A stretch of DNA of 64,000 nucleotides from Chiloscyllium plagiosum (GCF_004010195.1 NC_057752.1:1087525-1151524), one strand, 5' to 3'. Numbered from the stretch's first letter, positions 1 through 12,800 are shown. Program-made: numbers and translations. The notes: a model not told the origin generated them from the sequence alone.

Positions 1-1802
1 AGCAAGAGAACGAGACAGAGAGAGAACGAGAGACAGAGAGAACGAGCGAGAGCGAGAACGAGCGAGCGAATAGAACGAAGAGAGATAGAACGCGAACGAG
101 AGAGAGAGCGAACGAGAGATCGAGCGAACGAGAGAGCGAACGAGAGAGAGATAGAACGAACGACAGATCGAGCGAACGAGAGATCGAACGAGAGAGCTAG
201 AACGAACGAGAGAGCTAGAACGAACAAGAGAGAGAGCGAACGAGAGATCGAACGAGAGCGAACGAGAGATCGAGCGAGCGAACGAGAGCGCGAACGAGAG
301 AGCGAACGAGAGAGCGAACGAGAGAGCGAACGAGAGAGCGAACGAGAGAGAGCGCAAACGAGACAGAGAGAGAGCGAGAGAGCGAGCGAACGAGAGAGGG
401 AGAGCGCGAGAGGAGAGAACAAGAGAGAACAAACGAGAGAGAGAGAGAGAGAGCGAACGAGAGAGCGAGAGAGCGAACGAGAGATCGAGCAAACGAGAGA
501 GCGAACGAGAGCGCGAACGAGAGCGCGAACGAGAGAGCGAACGAGAGAGCGAACGAGCGAGATAGAACGAACGAGAGAGATCGAGCGAATGAGAGATCGA
601 ACAAGAGAGCTAGAACGAACGAGAGAGCTAGAACGAACGAGAGAGCGAACGAGAGATCGAACGAGAGATCGAGTGAGCGAACAAGAGAGAGCGCGAACGA
701 GACAGAGAGAGAGCAAGAGAGCAAGAGAGCGAGCGAACGAGAGAGGGAGAGAGGGAGAGCGCGAGAGGAGAGAACAAGAGAGAGAGAGAACGAGAGAGCG
801 AGCGAACGAGAGAGATAGAACGAATGAGAGAGAGAGAGCGAACGAGAGCGAATGAGACAGCGAACGAGAGAGCGAACAAGAGATCGAGCGAGCGAGAGAT
901 CGAGAGAGCGAGAGAGCGAGAGATCGAGAGAGCGAGAGATCGAGAGAGCGAACGAGAGAGGGAGAGCGAACGAGAGAGGGAGAGGAGAGAACGAGAGAGA
1001 GAACGAGAGAGCGAGCGAATGAGAGAGCGAACGCACGAACGAGAGAGCGAACGAGCGAACGAGAGAGCGAACGCACGAACGAGAGAGCGAACGCACGAAC
1101 GAGAGAGCGAACGCACGAACGAGAGAGCGAACACACGAACGAGAGAGCGAACACACGAACGAGAGAGCGAACGCACGAACGAGAGAGCGAGCGAGAACGA
1201 ACGAGAGCGAGAACGAACGAGAGCGAGAACGAACAAGAGCGAGAACGAACAAGAGCGAGAACGAACGAGAGCGAGAGAAAGAGAGAACGAACGAGAACGA
1301 GAAAGAGCGAGAGAGCGAACGAGAGAGCGAACGAGAGATCGAGCGAGAGAGAGATCGAGAGAGCGAGAGATCGAGAGAGCGAGAGATCGAGAGAGCGAGA
1401 GATCGAGAGAGCGAGAGATCGAGAGAGCGAGAGATCGAGAGAGCGAGAGATCGAGAGAGCGAGAGATCGAGAGAGCGAGAGATCGAGAGAGCGAGAGATC
1501 GAGAGAGCGAGAGATCGAGAGAGCGAGAGATCGAGAGAGCGAGAGATCGAGAGAGCGAGAGATCGAGAGAGCGAGAGATCGAGAGAGCGAGAGATCGAGA
1601 GAGCGAGAGATCGAGAGAGCGAGAGATCGAGAGAGCGAGAGATCGAGAGAGCGAGAGATCGAGAGAGCGAGAGATCGAGAGAGCGAGAGATCGAGAGAGC
1701 GAGAGATCGAGAGAGCGAGAGATCGAGAGAGCGAGAGATCGAGAGAGCGAGAGATCGAGAGAGCGAGAGATCGAGAGAGCGAGAGATCGAGAGAGCGAGA
1801 GA
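1..1802. repeat. GA-rich, CpG-containing compound satellite / low-complexity array (runs off the left edge)
   Basis: Built from GAGA, GAAC, GAGC and GATC modules. It includes 8 copies of a 20-bp unit gagagagcgaacgcacgaac (1021-1180, with small variants) and about 28 copies of the 16-bp unit gagagatcgagagagc (1349-1796). Confidence 0.97.
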
Positions 1803-2125
1803 GGAACAGGATACTGATTAAGGATGATCAGCCATGATCATATTGAATGGTGGTGCAGGCTCGAAGGGCAGAATGGCCTACTCCTGCACCTATTGTCTAT
1901 TGACAAGGAGGAATGTCTTCCGGGTCATTTGTCTGTGGAATTCTCAACCACACAAAGCAGTGTGGGTTGGATCATTGAGTATTTAAGGCAGAGATGTTTG
2001 GTTAACAAGAGAGGCCAGGGTTATTGGGAACACCCAGGAAAGCAGAAGTGAGGCCAAGAACAGATCAACCATGATCTCACTGAATGGCACAGCACACTTG
2101 AGGGGCAGAATGACCTCCTCCAAAT
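1803..2125 (+). mobile_element. Two adjacent CR1 LINE 3'-end fragments
   Basis: The CR1 3' UTR motif gatcagccatgatcatattgaatgg...gaagggcagaatggcctactcc appears twice (second copy degenerate). The same motif recurs in other CR1 copies in the window. Confidence 0.8.
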
Positions 2126-2156
2126 TCTTATTATCTTAAAACTGGATTCTAAGTAC

Positions 2157-2240
2157 CTGATCACAGATGAGATCCCATTTTTTCTCATTGTCATACTGTC
2201 GAAGCAGCCGTGCTTTGTCTGGGGGGAGATTCATAGAATT
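2157..2240 (-). CDS. fmnl3: Internal coding exon (coding exon 2) of a formin-like protein, start of the GTPase-binding GBD/FH3 region; best match FMNL3
   Basis: 84 bp = 28 codons, [28 protein letters not shown], phase 0/0. The acceptor is a polypyrimidine tract plus ttttttgcAG (2242-2241) and the donor is CAG|GTactt (2156-2155). As I recall the sequences, FMNL3 has [31 protein letters not shown]2 has AMN...KWEL and FMNL1 has KVQLLSQ. The paralog call rests on two residues. Confidence 0.92.
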
Positions 2241-3108
2241 CTGCAAAAAAGAAAGCAGAGAGAGTGTAATTATTCCACAGTGGGACACATTGACAAAATT
2301 AAAGTGGACAATTACACATAACAAATATGAACACGAAGGGATGTTTGAATGGGTTTCCAATACTGCCAACATTGTGAAGGTGCATAGGAACCTAGTGACA
2401 CATCCAATGGAGGTAGCTGACAACAAGAACCCACCTGTGGAGTTTATTAGCAGTCCCTTGCACTGCAGCTACCACATGACTCTGGCTGAACCAGAAACAC
2501 TCCCAACCTTACCCTGTCAGAAAAGCATTTACAGGTTTATAATCAACCAGTTCACACTTTCCGTGAGCAGCAAGTCCTGGAGTGAGGTTTGAACCCAGAG
2601 ATTCTGGCCCAGACTTTACCTCTGGTGGTTTGCCAGGGCGGGTGGAGGGAGGAGATATCACATCCTTTGTCTTTCTGTGCTCAGATGAAAGGCTACATTT
2701 GGCCTGGGAAATCCCACAGCTCACATCAGGTACGCATATGCCAACCAGCATTTCAGACCAAGAGAATATTTTGTACTATACAATGCTGAGACCGAATTCT
2801 AGATGCTTCAGAGACTAAATTATTTTGAACACCTCATGGCTATGTCAATGAAGAACAAATGGACTTTTATATTATGCCACACCCCAGATCTCAAAAACCC
2901 GGAGACCTTCACAAAAAGTAATCTGCTGGCGTACAAGGCAGTCATTTATGCTCATTAAGATTTTCCGAACAAGATGAATGACACATTAATCTTTTCCTAA
3001 TGGCGTTGATCAAGATAAGACTGCTCGTCAAGCCACCACTTTTGCCATTACTTAACCTTTAATGCGATCCAAATCAGTGGAAAAGGGACTTGGTTAAACA
3101 TCTGATTG

Positions 3109-3478
3109 GAGTATCAGTTGTGGCTCAGCTTGCAGCACTCTTACCTCAAAATTATGGATTCGAGTCCTACCCCAGTTCCTCAGCACAAGAATGAAAGTCC
3201 AACAATGGCACAGCAGTACCAAAGGAGTGCTCTACTATCAAAGGTGCGGTCATTCAGAAAGATGTGAAACCAAAGCCCAGTCTGCCCTCTCAGGTGGATG
3301 AAAAAAAAGAGTCCACAGTGTTATTTTGAAAGGCAGGGGAGTTCTCAACAGTACCCTGGTCAATACTTTTCCCTCAATCAACATCACAACAAACAGATCA
3401 CTGGGTCATTATCACATTAATGCTGGCAAGATCTTGTGTGCGTATTGTTGCCACTTTTCCTTTATTACAACAGTGACT
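3109..3478 (+). mobile_element. Deu-domain tRNA-derived SINE (SacSINE1-like), diverged
   Basis: tRNA-like head (tggctcagcttg...ggattcgagtcc) followed by a Deu-like core: aaaccaaagcccagtctgccctctcaggtggatg...ggggagttctc...ctggtcaatacttttccctcaatcaacatcac. Confidence 0.75.
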
Positions 3479-4184
3479 TTTCTTTTTAATTCATTTATGG
3501 GCCATGGGCATCACTGGCTGGACCAGTACTTATTGCCTGTGCCTAGTTGCCCTTGAGCTGGTGCAGGCATGATGGCCTACAGATTCTGTGACATCCAGAG
3601 CATCTCCTGACTTACATCGATGTGGTTGTGCAACTACTGATGCTAAACATATGCATTCATCACAGGATATTTCAACCTTTTTGTACTTGAAAAGGGTTAG
3701 ACGAGGGTTTGGTTAAACTGTGCTTCTAAAGCTCACTTATAAACAGCAGGTTTCCCAGAACAGGCCACATGCCAAGAGGCATATCTGAAGCCAGATAAAG
3801 CCATCTGGTTGGATGATATCTGCCAATGGGGCTTGTTAAAATACTTTCCAGCAAACATTTACACCTTACAGATTTAAACACCACTTTTTCTTCAGTTCTG
3901 CATGGGACTCATGAGAAGGGCTTCCCACATCTGGGCATGTTTGATTCAGAGTTCCATTGGCCTGCCCAGGATCGCAAGCAAAGTCAGAAGGAGAATAACC
4001 CTTGGTCATTTAAGAACTCTCGAATCAGCTGGCTTTAAAAGAACAGATGGGTCACTTGTTAAGGGAAGGCATTTGCTGAGGCAGAGGGTCAAAATGTGAC
4101 AAAAAACAGTCAGCAGAGTTCCTGGGAGGTGTGATGTGTTCATCAGTTTCCAGTCGTTTGCTTGCACAGAACTTGAGTATTGCT

Positions 4185-4400
4185 GAAGACAGACAACACG
4201 TTGAAACCTCTCATCTTGTACTCAGGACAATTTGCAAAGTGAAGGGAAAACAACATTTATACTGCTTGAGTATGCTAATTGGTGGACACTTTGCCATGAA
4301 GAATGCACTAGTTAATAAGGACTGACTAGTTAACTGCCCATGTTTCCTTAAAGTTTAAGCAAGGCAGGTCAGTTCTGATCAGTCAAGGCATTGCTCCAAG
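4185..4400 (-). mobile_element. Degenerate Penelope-like pseudo-LTR remnant (same family as 52130-52575)
   Basis: tcatcttgtactcaggacaa resembles ttgtcttgcactaatcaggacaa at 52152-52174. Confidence 0.4.
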
Positions 4401-4529
4401 AACTGAACGAGAGAAGGGCTATGATCAATGCTGTTTTTTTTAAAACAGGTACAGATAGAAGGAATAACAACAAAATTTGCCGGAGAAACTCAGCAGATCT
4501 GACAGCATCTGTGGAGAAAAAGAACAGAC

Positions 4530-5850
4530 TTTTTTCACTAGTGGGACATGGGCATTGCTGTTTGGGCCAGCATGTATTGTCCATCCAGAGTTGCCCCTTG
4601 AGAAGGTGGTGGTGAGCTGCCGTCTTGAACCGCTGCAGTCCACCTGTTGTAGGTTGACCCACAATGTCCTTAGGGAGAGAATTCCAGGATTTTGACCCAA
4701 GTCAGGATGGTGGTAGCTCGGAGGGGAACTTGCAGCAGGTAGTGTTCCCACTTATTTGCTGCCCTTGTCCTGGTGAATTTCTGTAGTGCATTTTGTAGAT
4801 AGTACACACTGCTGCTAGTGAGCGTAGGTGGTGGAGGGAGTGAATGTTTGTTGTGTCAATCAAGCAGGACTGCTTTGTCCTGGATGATGCCAAGCTTCTT
4901 AAGTGTTGTTAGAGCATCTAGGCAAGTGGGAAACATTCCCTTACACTCCTGATTTGCGCCTTGCAGATAGTGGACAGACTTTGGAGAATCAGAAGGGTAG
5001 TTACTCACCGCAGTATTCCTAACCTCTAACTTATTCTTGTAGCCACTGTGTTTATACAGAGTCCAGTTCAGTTTCTGGTCAATGGTAAGTCCCAGGATGC
5101 AGTAACACCAGTGAATGCCAAAGGGGCAGTGGTTAGATTGTCTCTCATTAGAGATGGTCATTGTCTGGCATTTGTCAGTTGCCACTCGTCAGCCCAAGCC
5201 TGGATATTGTCCAGATCTTGCTGCTTCAGTATCTGAGGAGTCACAAGTGGTGCTGAATATTGTATAATCACCACTGAATGTCCCCACTTCTGACCTTATG
5301 GAGGGAAGGTCATTATGAAGCAGCAGAAGGTGATTGGGCCAAGGACACTACTCTGAGGAACTCCTGGAGCTGAGATGACTGACTTCCAACAACCACAACA
5401 TTTTCCTATGTGTCAGGTATGACTCCAACCAGCAGAGTCTGCCCCATGATACTAGTTTTGCTAGGGCTCCTTGATGCCACACTCGGTTGAATGCAGCCTT
5501 GATGTCAAGGGCTGTCCCTCTCCCCTCCCCTCTGGAATTCAGCTCTTTTGTCCATGTTTGAACCAAGGCTGTAATGAGGTCAGGAGCTAAGTGGCCCTGG
5601 TGGAACCCAAACTGGGCGTCACTGAGCGGGGTATTGCTGAGCAGGTTCTGTTTGATAGCACTGCCATTACTTTACTGACGATCAAGAGTACACAGTTGGG
5701 GCAGTCATTGGCCAGGTTGGATTTGTCCTGCTTTGTGTGTAAAGGACATACCTGGCAATTTTTCACATTGAGAGGTAGATGCCAGTGTTGTAACTGTACT
5801 GGAACAGCTTGGCTAGGGTTGCAGCAAATTCTGGGAGCACAAGCATCTGC
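4530..5850 (-). mobile_element. 5'-truncated non-CR1 LINE (L2-like, Jockey group), RT region plus 3' tail, frameshifted
   Basis: Minus-strand RT remnants: VKNCQVCPLHTKQDKSN..N, ALDIKAAFNRVWHQGALAKL, LESYLTHRKM, ILGLTIDQKLNW. The 3' tail cagctcaccaccaccttctcaaggggcaac...gctggccc is shared with 21195-21442. Confidence 0.85.
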
Positions 5851-6378
5851 TGTTCTTTGTTTTATTAAGATAGAAGGAACATATACACACACAGTACCAG
5901 TTTCAGCTGGACAATTCAAAGCAGACCTCACCACATCTGTCATTAACTCAGTTTGCCTCTGAAAGGCTACGGAAACACACAAGTGAATGTATGAAAACTT
6001 TGTCTTAGTCATGAAGGGAGGTTCATTGTTACACCCCAGGGACCCACTGCTGAACAAGTCGATATCAAGCCAACCTCCCAAAAAAAACTAAGACATACCA
6101 ATAATTTAAGTGGCTGCCATGACTGAATGTCAGTGTTAGAAATGCAGGTCCCTTTAGGGGTTAACCAGAACAGCTCCAGAGTTCATCGAGAGCACATGAT
6201 ACTCATTGGCGTTTATATTTCAGAGCTGAGTTCTCTTCCCCGCTCCAGCTCCATTTTAGTTTAATCCCGTCCTTCTTTCCAAACCCTTCATTTTTGCTAT
6301 TGTTGTATTGTAAATTGTTAATTTAGTCCAAGACATGGATGATTTGGTGTTTTTTTTAAATGAAGAGCAGAGTTCTCT

Positions 6379-6497
6379 GGAGGGGTCTTGTGGTGCAGTG
6401 GTAGTGTCCCTACCTCTGAACCAAGTAGTATGGGTTCAAATCCTATTTGCTCCAGAGGTACACAATAACATCCTTGTACAGGTTGATTAGAAAGTAC
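6379..6497 (+). mobile_element. Short (~120 bp) tRNA-derived SINE
   Basis: A box TGGTGCAGTGG and B box GGTTCAAATCC. The body aataacatcc...acaggttgattagaaa is shared with the copies at 6602 and 19402. Confidence 0.7.
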
Positions 6498-6601
6498 TTA
6501 AGAATCAGGTTCTTTGCCAAGGTGGGCATCTGAACAGGGACAGATGGAAACTGCTGTTTGTGTAAAATTATCAATTCTTTTTTAAAGAAAAGCCAAGTTC
6601 T

Positions 6602-6727
6602 CTGGGGGGACAGCGTCTGAAGTGCAGTGATAATGTCCCTACTTCTGGGCTAGAAGGTCTAGCGTCAAGTCCCACTGCCACAGAAGTGTGTTCTAACATA
6701 TCCAAACAGAATGATTAAAAAAGGTAC
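6602..6727 (+). mobile_element. Second copy of the short tRNA-derived SINE, with an 11-bp TSD
   Basis: Body gtgcagtgataatgtccctacttctgggctagaagg...gtcaagtccc; flanked by agccaagttct at 6591-6601 and 6728-6738. Confidence 0.7.
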
Positions 6728-7994
6728 AGCCAAGTTCTTTTCAGGATACGTGGGCATCAGGGCTGGAATGCCTAATTTCCCCCTCCAATATACCCCTGTC
6801 TTGCCACCTTGTCCCTGCTGGGTTTAGAGGGAAATGGGTCAAACATTGGCAGGTGGGTCCAGTTTAGTTTGGAGAACTTAGTCAGCATGGATGAGTCACA
6901 CTGAAGGGTCTGTTTCTGTGCTGTGTGACTCTATTTGTTAATTTGGTGCTTTTTTTATTTACTCGTGGGATGGGGGCATCGCTGCTGCAGTCCATGTGCT
7001 ACAAGTAGACCCACAACTTATTAGGGAGGGTTCTCCAGAATTCTGACACCCAAAAGAAAAATATTGGGTTCTTCCCCTATGAGGTATTGGTTTCCAGCTT
7101 TGAAAAAGGTTGAGAAAGGAAAGGCAAAAACCAGTAGTCTGTGCTAATCTATAAAACCCTTGTCAATCTCTAAAGTCTTTTGCTGCTTAATGAACATCTG
7201 GATATTGATCTGCTAAATGTTGAACTCAAGCAGGTATCTACACAGAATTAAATTCTTGCCAAAGTCAGCTCTATCTGAATTATGACTTGCAAAGAAGGAG
7301 CCTGTTACCGTGGCTTGAAAATAAATGAAGGGAAATGCACTGATTGATCTCTTGGTCCTGAGCTGTGTGTGATACCAAGCAAAACTCCCAATGGGTTTCA
7401 GTTCTCTCCTGTTCCCCCGACTGACAGGATGCAGGTGCAGGATTCTCCTTACTTTTGACATCTCCCAGCTGGTTCACTATAATGCAAGAGCATGAAAAGA
7501 TCAGGGGAACCTCCAAGGTTCTTCACTTTCAACTGGAAGGGCTCCAATAATGGGGAGGTTCCCATTAGATTGCACAATCACAAAGGAGCATAAATAACGA
7601 ACAACCTTGGAACTTGAACCCACAAACCATCTGGCTGTTGATGAGACAACCCTCCTCCAAATGGTTTACAAACTGATCTCATCTTATTTAATCAAGACTG
7701 AATTGAACCAAGAACCTTATGACCAGATACTAAGTACTAATAACAAATCAAGTTGGTTCATCAAGTGTCGTAGATGAATTTATTCAACAATAACAGACTT
7801 CAGTCCATTCAAAATAACAACTCATTGATAGCTTGGTGAATTTTGGCAACCAGAGACTAACCTGTATAGAGCTTGGATATCTCACATTCAGTCACAGGGA
7901 TGCTGCTGGATCTCAGTCAGCGCAGCAATAGCGGTATCAGAAGCTGGAGTGCAATGTTCAAATTGGACCCCAGTTGCTGCTCTCAATTGCTGTC

Positions 7995-8800
7995 AAATGA
8001 TTACAGCACTGAAGGTGGCCATTTGGCCCATTACAACTGTGCTGGCTCTCTCTGCCAGAGCCATTTGATCAGTCCCATTGTCCCAGCTTTTCCCTGCAGC
8101 ACTCCAGAAATGCTTTTCTCTTCAATAAATTATCCAAGTCCCCTCTGAAAGTCACGGTTAAATCTGCCTCTTCTCTGGCAGTGGATTCCAGATCCTAACT
8201 AATCGCTTTATAAAAACATGCCTCTTCATGCCATTGTTGCTGATTTTTGCTAATCATCTTATAATCTGTGCCTTCTGGTTCTAGATCCTTCTGCCAAAAG
8301 GAAACTGTTGCTTTCTATTAACTCAGCCTAGATCCCTTGTGATTTTGAATGCCTCTATCAAATCTTCTCTTCTCTAAAGAGCAGAACAGGAGTGAGTTAG
8401 CCCCTCGAGCCAGCTCCGCCATTGATACGACCGTGGCTAATAGGATTGTGATCTGAACTCGACTCTATTGTCAACCCTTTGGATCTCCTGGTCAGTCAAG
8501 AAACCACCTAACTCAGCCTTAAAAAGGACATTGCCTCCCAGCTCTCTACAGAAGAATACCACCACAGATTAACAACCTTCAGAAAAAAGTTCATCATCTC
8601 AGTCTTAAATGGGAGATCCTTGGTTTTTAATATAGTGACCCCCACATTCAAATCCTTCCCATAAGGAGAAACATCCTCTCAGCATCTGCCCTGTCACGTC
8701 CGCTCAGGATCTTGTATGTTCAATAACATCACATCTCAGTCTTCTAAACTCCAATGGACATAGGCCCAACCTCTCCTCAGAGGGCAAACTTCCTATCTCA
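7995..8800 (-). mobile_element. Two old CR1 3' fragments
   Basis: Reverse-complement CR1 3' UTR and ORF2-end motifs (ggccatttggccc; gcccctcgagccagctccgccattgatac; catctcagtcttaaatgg). Confidence 0.65.
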
Positions 8801-8843
8801 GGATGATTGACAATTGTGCAATTAGCAAGCAGTCAGACTCGGC

Positions 8844-8865
8844 GGGGGGGGGGGGGGGGGGGGGG
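8844..8865. repeat. G22 homopolymer
   Basis: Direct count of 22 consecutive G. Confidence 0.95.
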
Positions 8866-8970
8866 AGTAAGGAAAGAAGGAAACGAGGGGAACCAGGGTA
8901 TACTCCTCTTACCCTTCCCTAGGCCACAAGGAGGAGGATAACCAAAGCACGTTGTAAGGCCCCCACCACT

Positions 8971-9890
8971 TAGAATCAGAGATGTACAGCATGGAAACAT
9001 ACCCCTCGGTCCAACCCGTCCATGCCAACCAGATATCCCAACCCAATCTAGTCCCATCTGCCATCGCCCGGACCATATCCCTCCAAACCCTTCCTATTCA
9101 TATAACCATCCAAATGCCTCTTAAAATGTTGCAATTGTACCAGCCTCCACTACATCCTCTGGCAGCTCATTCCATACATGTACCACCCTCTGTGTGTGAA
9201 AAAGTTGCCCCTTAGGTCTCTTTTATATCTTTACCCTCTCCCCCTAAACCTATGCCCTCTAGTTCTGGATTCCCCAACCCCAGGGAAAAGACTTTGCCTA
9301 CTTACCCTCTCCATGCCCCTCAATTTTATAAACCTCTATAAGGTCACCCCTCAGCCTCTGACACTCCAGGGAAAACAGCCCCAGCCTGTTCAGCCTCTCC
9401 CTGTAGCTCAGATCCTCCAACCCTGGCAACATCCTTGTAAATCTTTTCTGAACCGTTTCAACTTTCACAACATTTTTCCGATAGGAAGGAGACCAGAACT
9501 GCACACAATATTCCAACAGTGGCCTAACCAATGTCCTGTACAGCCGCAACATGACCTCCCAACTCCTGTACTCAGTACTCTGACCTATAAAGGAAAGCAT
9601 ACCAAACACCTTCTTCACTATCCTATCTACCTGCGACTCTATTTTCNNNNNNNNNTGGTGTCATCTGTAAATTTACTAACTGTACCTCTTATGTTCGCAT
9701 CCAAATCATTTATGTAAATGACAAAAAGTAGAGGACCCAGCACCGATCCTTGTGGCACTCTACTGGTCACAGGCCTCCAGTCTGAAAAACAACCCTCCAC
9801 CGCCACCCTCTGTCTTCTACCTTTGAGCCAATTCTGTATCCAAATGGCTAGTTCTCCCTGTATTCCATGAGATCTAACCTTGCTAATCAG
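8971..9890 (-). mobile_element. CR1 LINE, 5'-truncated (RT C-terminal part plus 3' UTR), with an 8-N gap at 9647-9654
   Basis: ORF 9298-9618 (LYRTLVRPLLEYCVQFWSPSYRK...LRGDLIEVYKI); a [15 protein letters not shown] segment near 9735-9760; tail ...tgtacatctctgattcta. Confidence 0.95.
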
Positions 9891-12800
9891 AATATTCCAG
9901 AACAGGAAAGTGGCAAAAGATGATCAGAGTCTTAATGAAGTAGGGAGTGTTGGTTGCCAATGGCAGGTCAGTTACCAGAGGACAGAGGTTATAATATTGT
10001 TGACAAACAAAATAGAAGGCAAATGAGGTGATTCTAAAACTAAGATGCAGCAGAAAGTGGTGAATGCAGATTCCAATGACAATTCTGCAAAACAAATTAG
10101 ATATATTCTTGAAAGGAAGAGAGAAAAACAAATCACAAAACCATCGGGAAAGTGTGGGGGAGTGAGATTAATTTGATAGCTCCAGCAAAGAGCTAGCAGC
10201 GGTACAGTGGGCCAAATGGTCTCCTGCGTCTCAACAACGACAGGGAGGGCTGGAAGTGGACGGTTTATTTTTTGTTTTGGGGGGGTTAGTGGAATTAAAA
10301 ATGAAGAAACCACAAGCATGTTGCTTTTAGACACTGTCGCTGTAACCTTGGACATGAAGGGGAGAAATAAAATCTCAAAGCATTTCCTTCTCAGAACAGA
10401 GGCTTTCACAATGGTCTAATAATGCAAACAACATCATTTCCTGTCTGGTGCGTACAGGGGCTGCTCAAAGCCATTCAGTGAGCGTGTCTCACAGAACATT
10501 CCTGGGGACGGCTAACTGCTGCAAGAGGAACCCAGATGGATGCATTCAGTTTTTTTTAAAAAAACCAATAATGATCAGTGCTCATGTAGGAAGAATGCAA
10601 TGAGCTAGAAATTCTAATCCAGCCCACTTGAAGCCCACGATTTGGCTCAATCCAAAGATTATACAATTCATTTTCTTCAGGGCAGCAGTATTAACCCCTG
10701 CGTCAGAATAAATCTAGATTCATGTTTGAACTGAATACATTCTGAGCAGAATTAAGTCAAAGCTCAGTGTTTTCCCTCATGTTATTCACTGGAGCTTTCT
10801 GCAATGTGGGCTATTAAAGGTTACCTCTCCCAGTGAGCTCCATCGTTTAAGATTCAACATACAATGGGCTGAATGCCCTCCTTCTGTGCTATATCAAGTC
10901 GTTAAGCTCGAGCAGAACTGAGCCAAGCAGACTCAAACACTCCAATCTCGATCCTCGGTATGCAACAAACTGCAATTGACAACACCTTTATAGGATTAAA
11001 AAAGTGTCACAAACCCACTCCACAGGATGGCAATCAAAGTTGGACACCAAATCATGTAAGACATTAGGACAGGTAACCAAACGCTTACCTAGAGATTATA
11101 AAAGGGCGATTTAGAGGAGGAGAGAGGTAGAGAGAAGCCAAGAGTTATCATGAGGAAATTCTGGAGGTTAAGGTCCAAACAATTCAAGGCATGGCTACAA
11201 ATAACAGGGAAAAAATGATTGGGGACGTTCAAGATGCCAGACTTCGAGTGGTTAGATACCCACAGGGTTGGAAGAGGTTACAGAAAGGAAGGGACAGGGT
11301 CATGGAGTGGAATTGAAAACAAGAGGGCTGCAATTTGTGAAGATGATGAGTTAACCAATCTTGAACCTCAGGACTTTCCACATTGTACCATTACTCATTG
11401 CTTTGGGGTTGGAAAGGGGAAACATGAGGGGCAAGCAATGAGGCAGGATTGCCACTTATCAAGTGGTCATCAACTGACAAGGACAGACCCTCCCCCCACC
11501 ATTTTAAGTAAAGAGGAAAAAAGAAGTCATGTCAACTGCCTTAAAGTAAAGAGGAAAGATTAGCTTCAATTTTGCACTCCAAAAAGAACAAAGGAAGGCT
11601 GGGAGGAAGTGGGCAGTCCATGCCTGGAAGCGTGGAGTGTCCCTCTCTACCTCAGAAGGTTGGCACCTCTGCCTTGTTGTAATGAAGATAAGCTACATTT
11701 GCCAGTTGCTAAGCCAATAACAGTTCTGCCATTCCTGCTGTGTGCAGGTCTGGCAATAAACAGAAGTTCAAGGTCTTTCCTGGCTGGCTACACATGAACA
11801 GGATTGGATTTCACCGCCTTGATCAACATGTTTATGTAGAGAATATGCATTTTATACAGTTTCCAGCCCCGGCTCTCCCCTGCAAAATAAGGTGGATCTG
11901 CCAAACTCAGTGAATGGAGCCCTTTGTCTGAAATTACCCTGTCTGGCTGAAAAGTCCCAACAGAAGCCTAGCCGAATTTGGAAAAGCTAGGCAAGCCATG
12001 GGACAGAAACATGGGTAATTTTGGGAGTTGGGATGAAGTTGTCTTGCCAGAGAGCAAGGGTCAAGCTTTTGCAGACAGCAGTGAAAGTGAGGCTGGATTT
12101 GAAAAACTGATGAACCATTATCAGCACAAGCCAGTATTGAAAAAGGGCCCTCGTAATTTTCACAAGGGTTTGTAAACCAAGCAGCAGAGGGAAAAAAAGG
12201 ACATCATATTGTCTGTAGGTTTCCCTGAACTGCTCAGTGGTTGGCACTGTGTAATGTGGTTCTGAACCATACACACAACACAGATATCCCAGAATTTCAA
12301 TTCTTAACCTGCACTATGCTTGTTGATTTTGGCTGGGATGAGTATTGAAATAAATGAAAATTAAACAGTCTCCCCAGGCATCAGGGAGTGAGAAAGAGGG
12401 GGTTGTGGAGACAAGAAAATATTGAGGATCCAATCATTTCTTGTTGGTGTAGGATTTGACTGAGCCCTAGGTTGCTAACTCAAGTCAGATGCATTCCAGG
12501 AGGTTTAATCTCTTGATATTTCTGCTCCAAGTTACTAGTTACAAGAAAGTGCAAAGCTACCTGTATTCACATCTGGACCCTATCCAAGAGGAACATGTCA
12601 ATGCATTGCAACTTCCTTTAATTAAACAAAAGTCTACAAACAATAGTTCTCAGAAACTTTTTTCATGGCAACACTGGGACTGATCAGATTCGACATGCCA
12701 ACCAACCAGTACCCTTTTCCCATCCAGGACAAACTGTGACTCACTTTGAAATTTATCATTTTTGGATCGGTCCTGTATTATGCAAGATGAGAAGCTTTGA

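Noticed and set aside
1349..1796. Regular array as a CRISPR-like locus
   Set aside because: The units are head to tail with no unique spacers, in a eukaryotic context.
215..1837. Long ORFs (345, 337 and 202 aa) rich in RE or SL repeats
   Set aside because: They are translations of the GA satellite, which lacks stop codons by composition; there is no domain or splice support.
2136..2426. The 96-aa ORF as a complete gene
   Set aside because: Only the 28 codons between canonical AG and GT sites are FMNL-like; the rest is intronic read-through.
6379..6460. tRNA gene (A and B boxes)
   Set aside because: There is no convincing cloverleaf, and the same head-plus-body occurs in other diverged copies, so it is a SINE. 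The same applies to the HE1 heads.
8833..9057. Minus-strand poly-proline ORF resembling a formin FH1 exon
   Set aside because: It comes from a G22 homopolymer fused to a CR1 tail and lies upstream of exon 2, whereas FH1 is far downstream in the gene.
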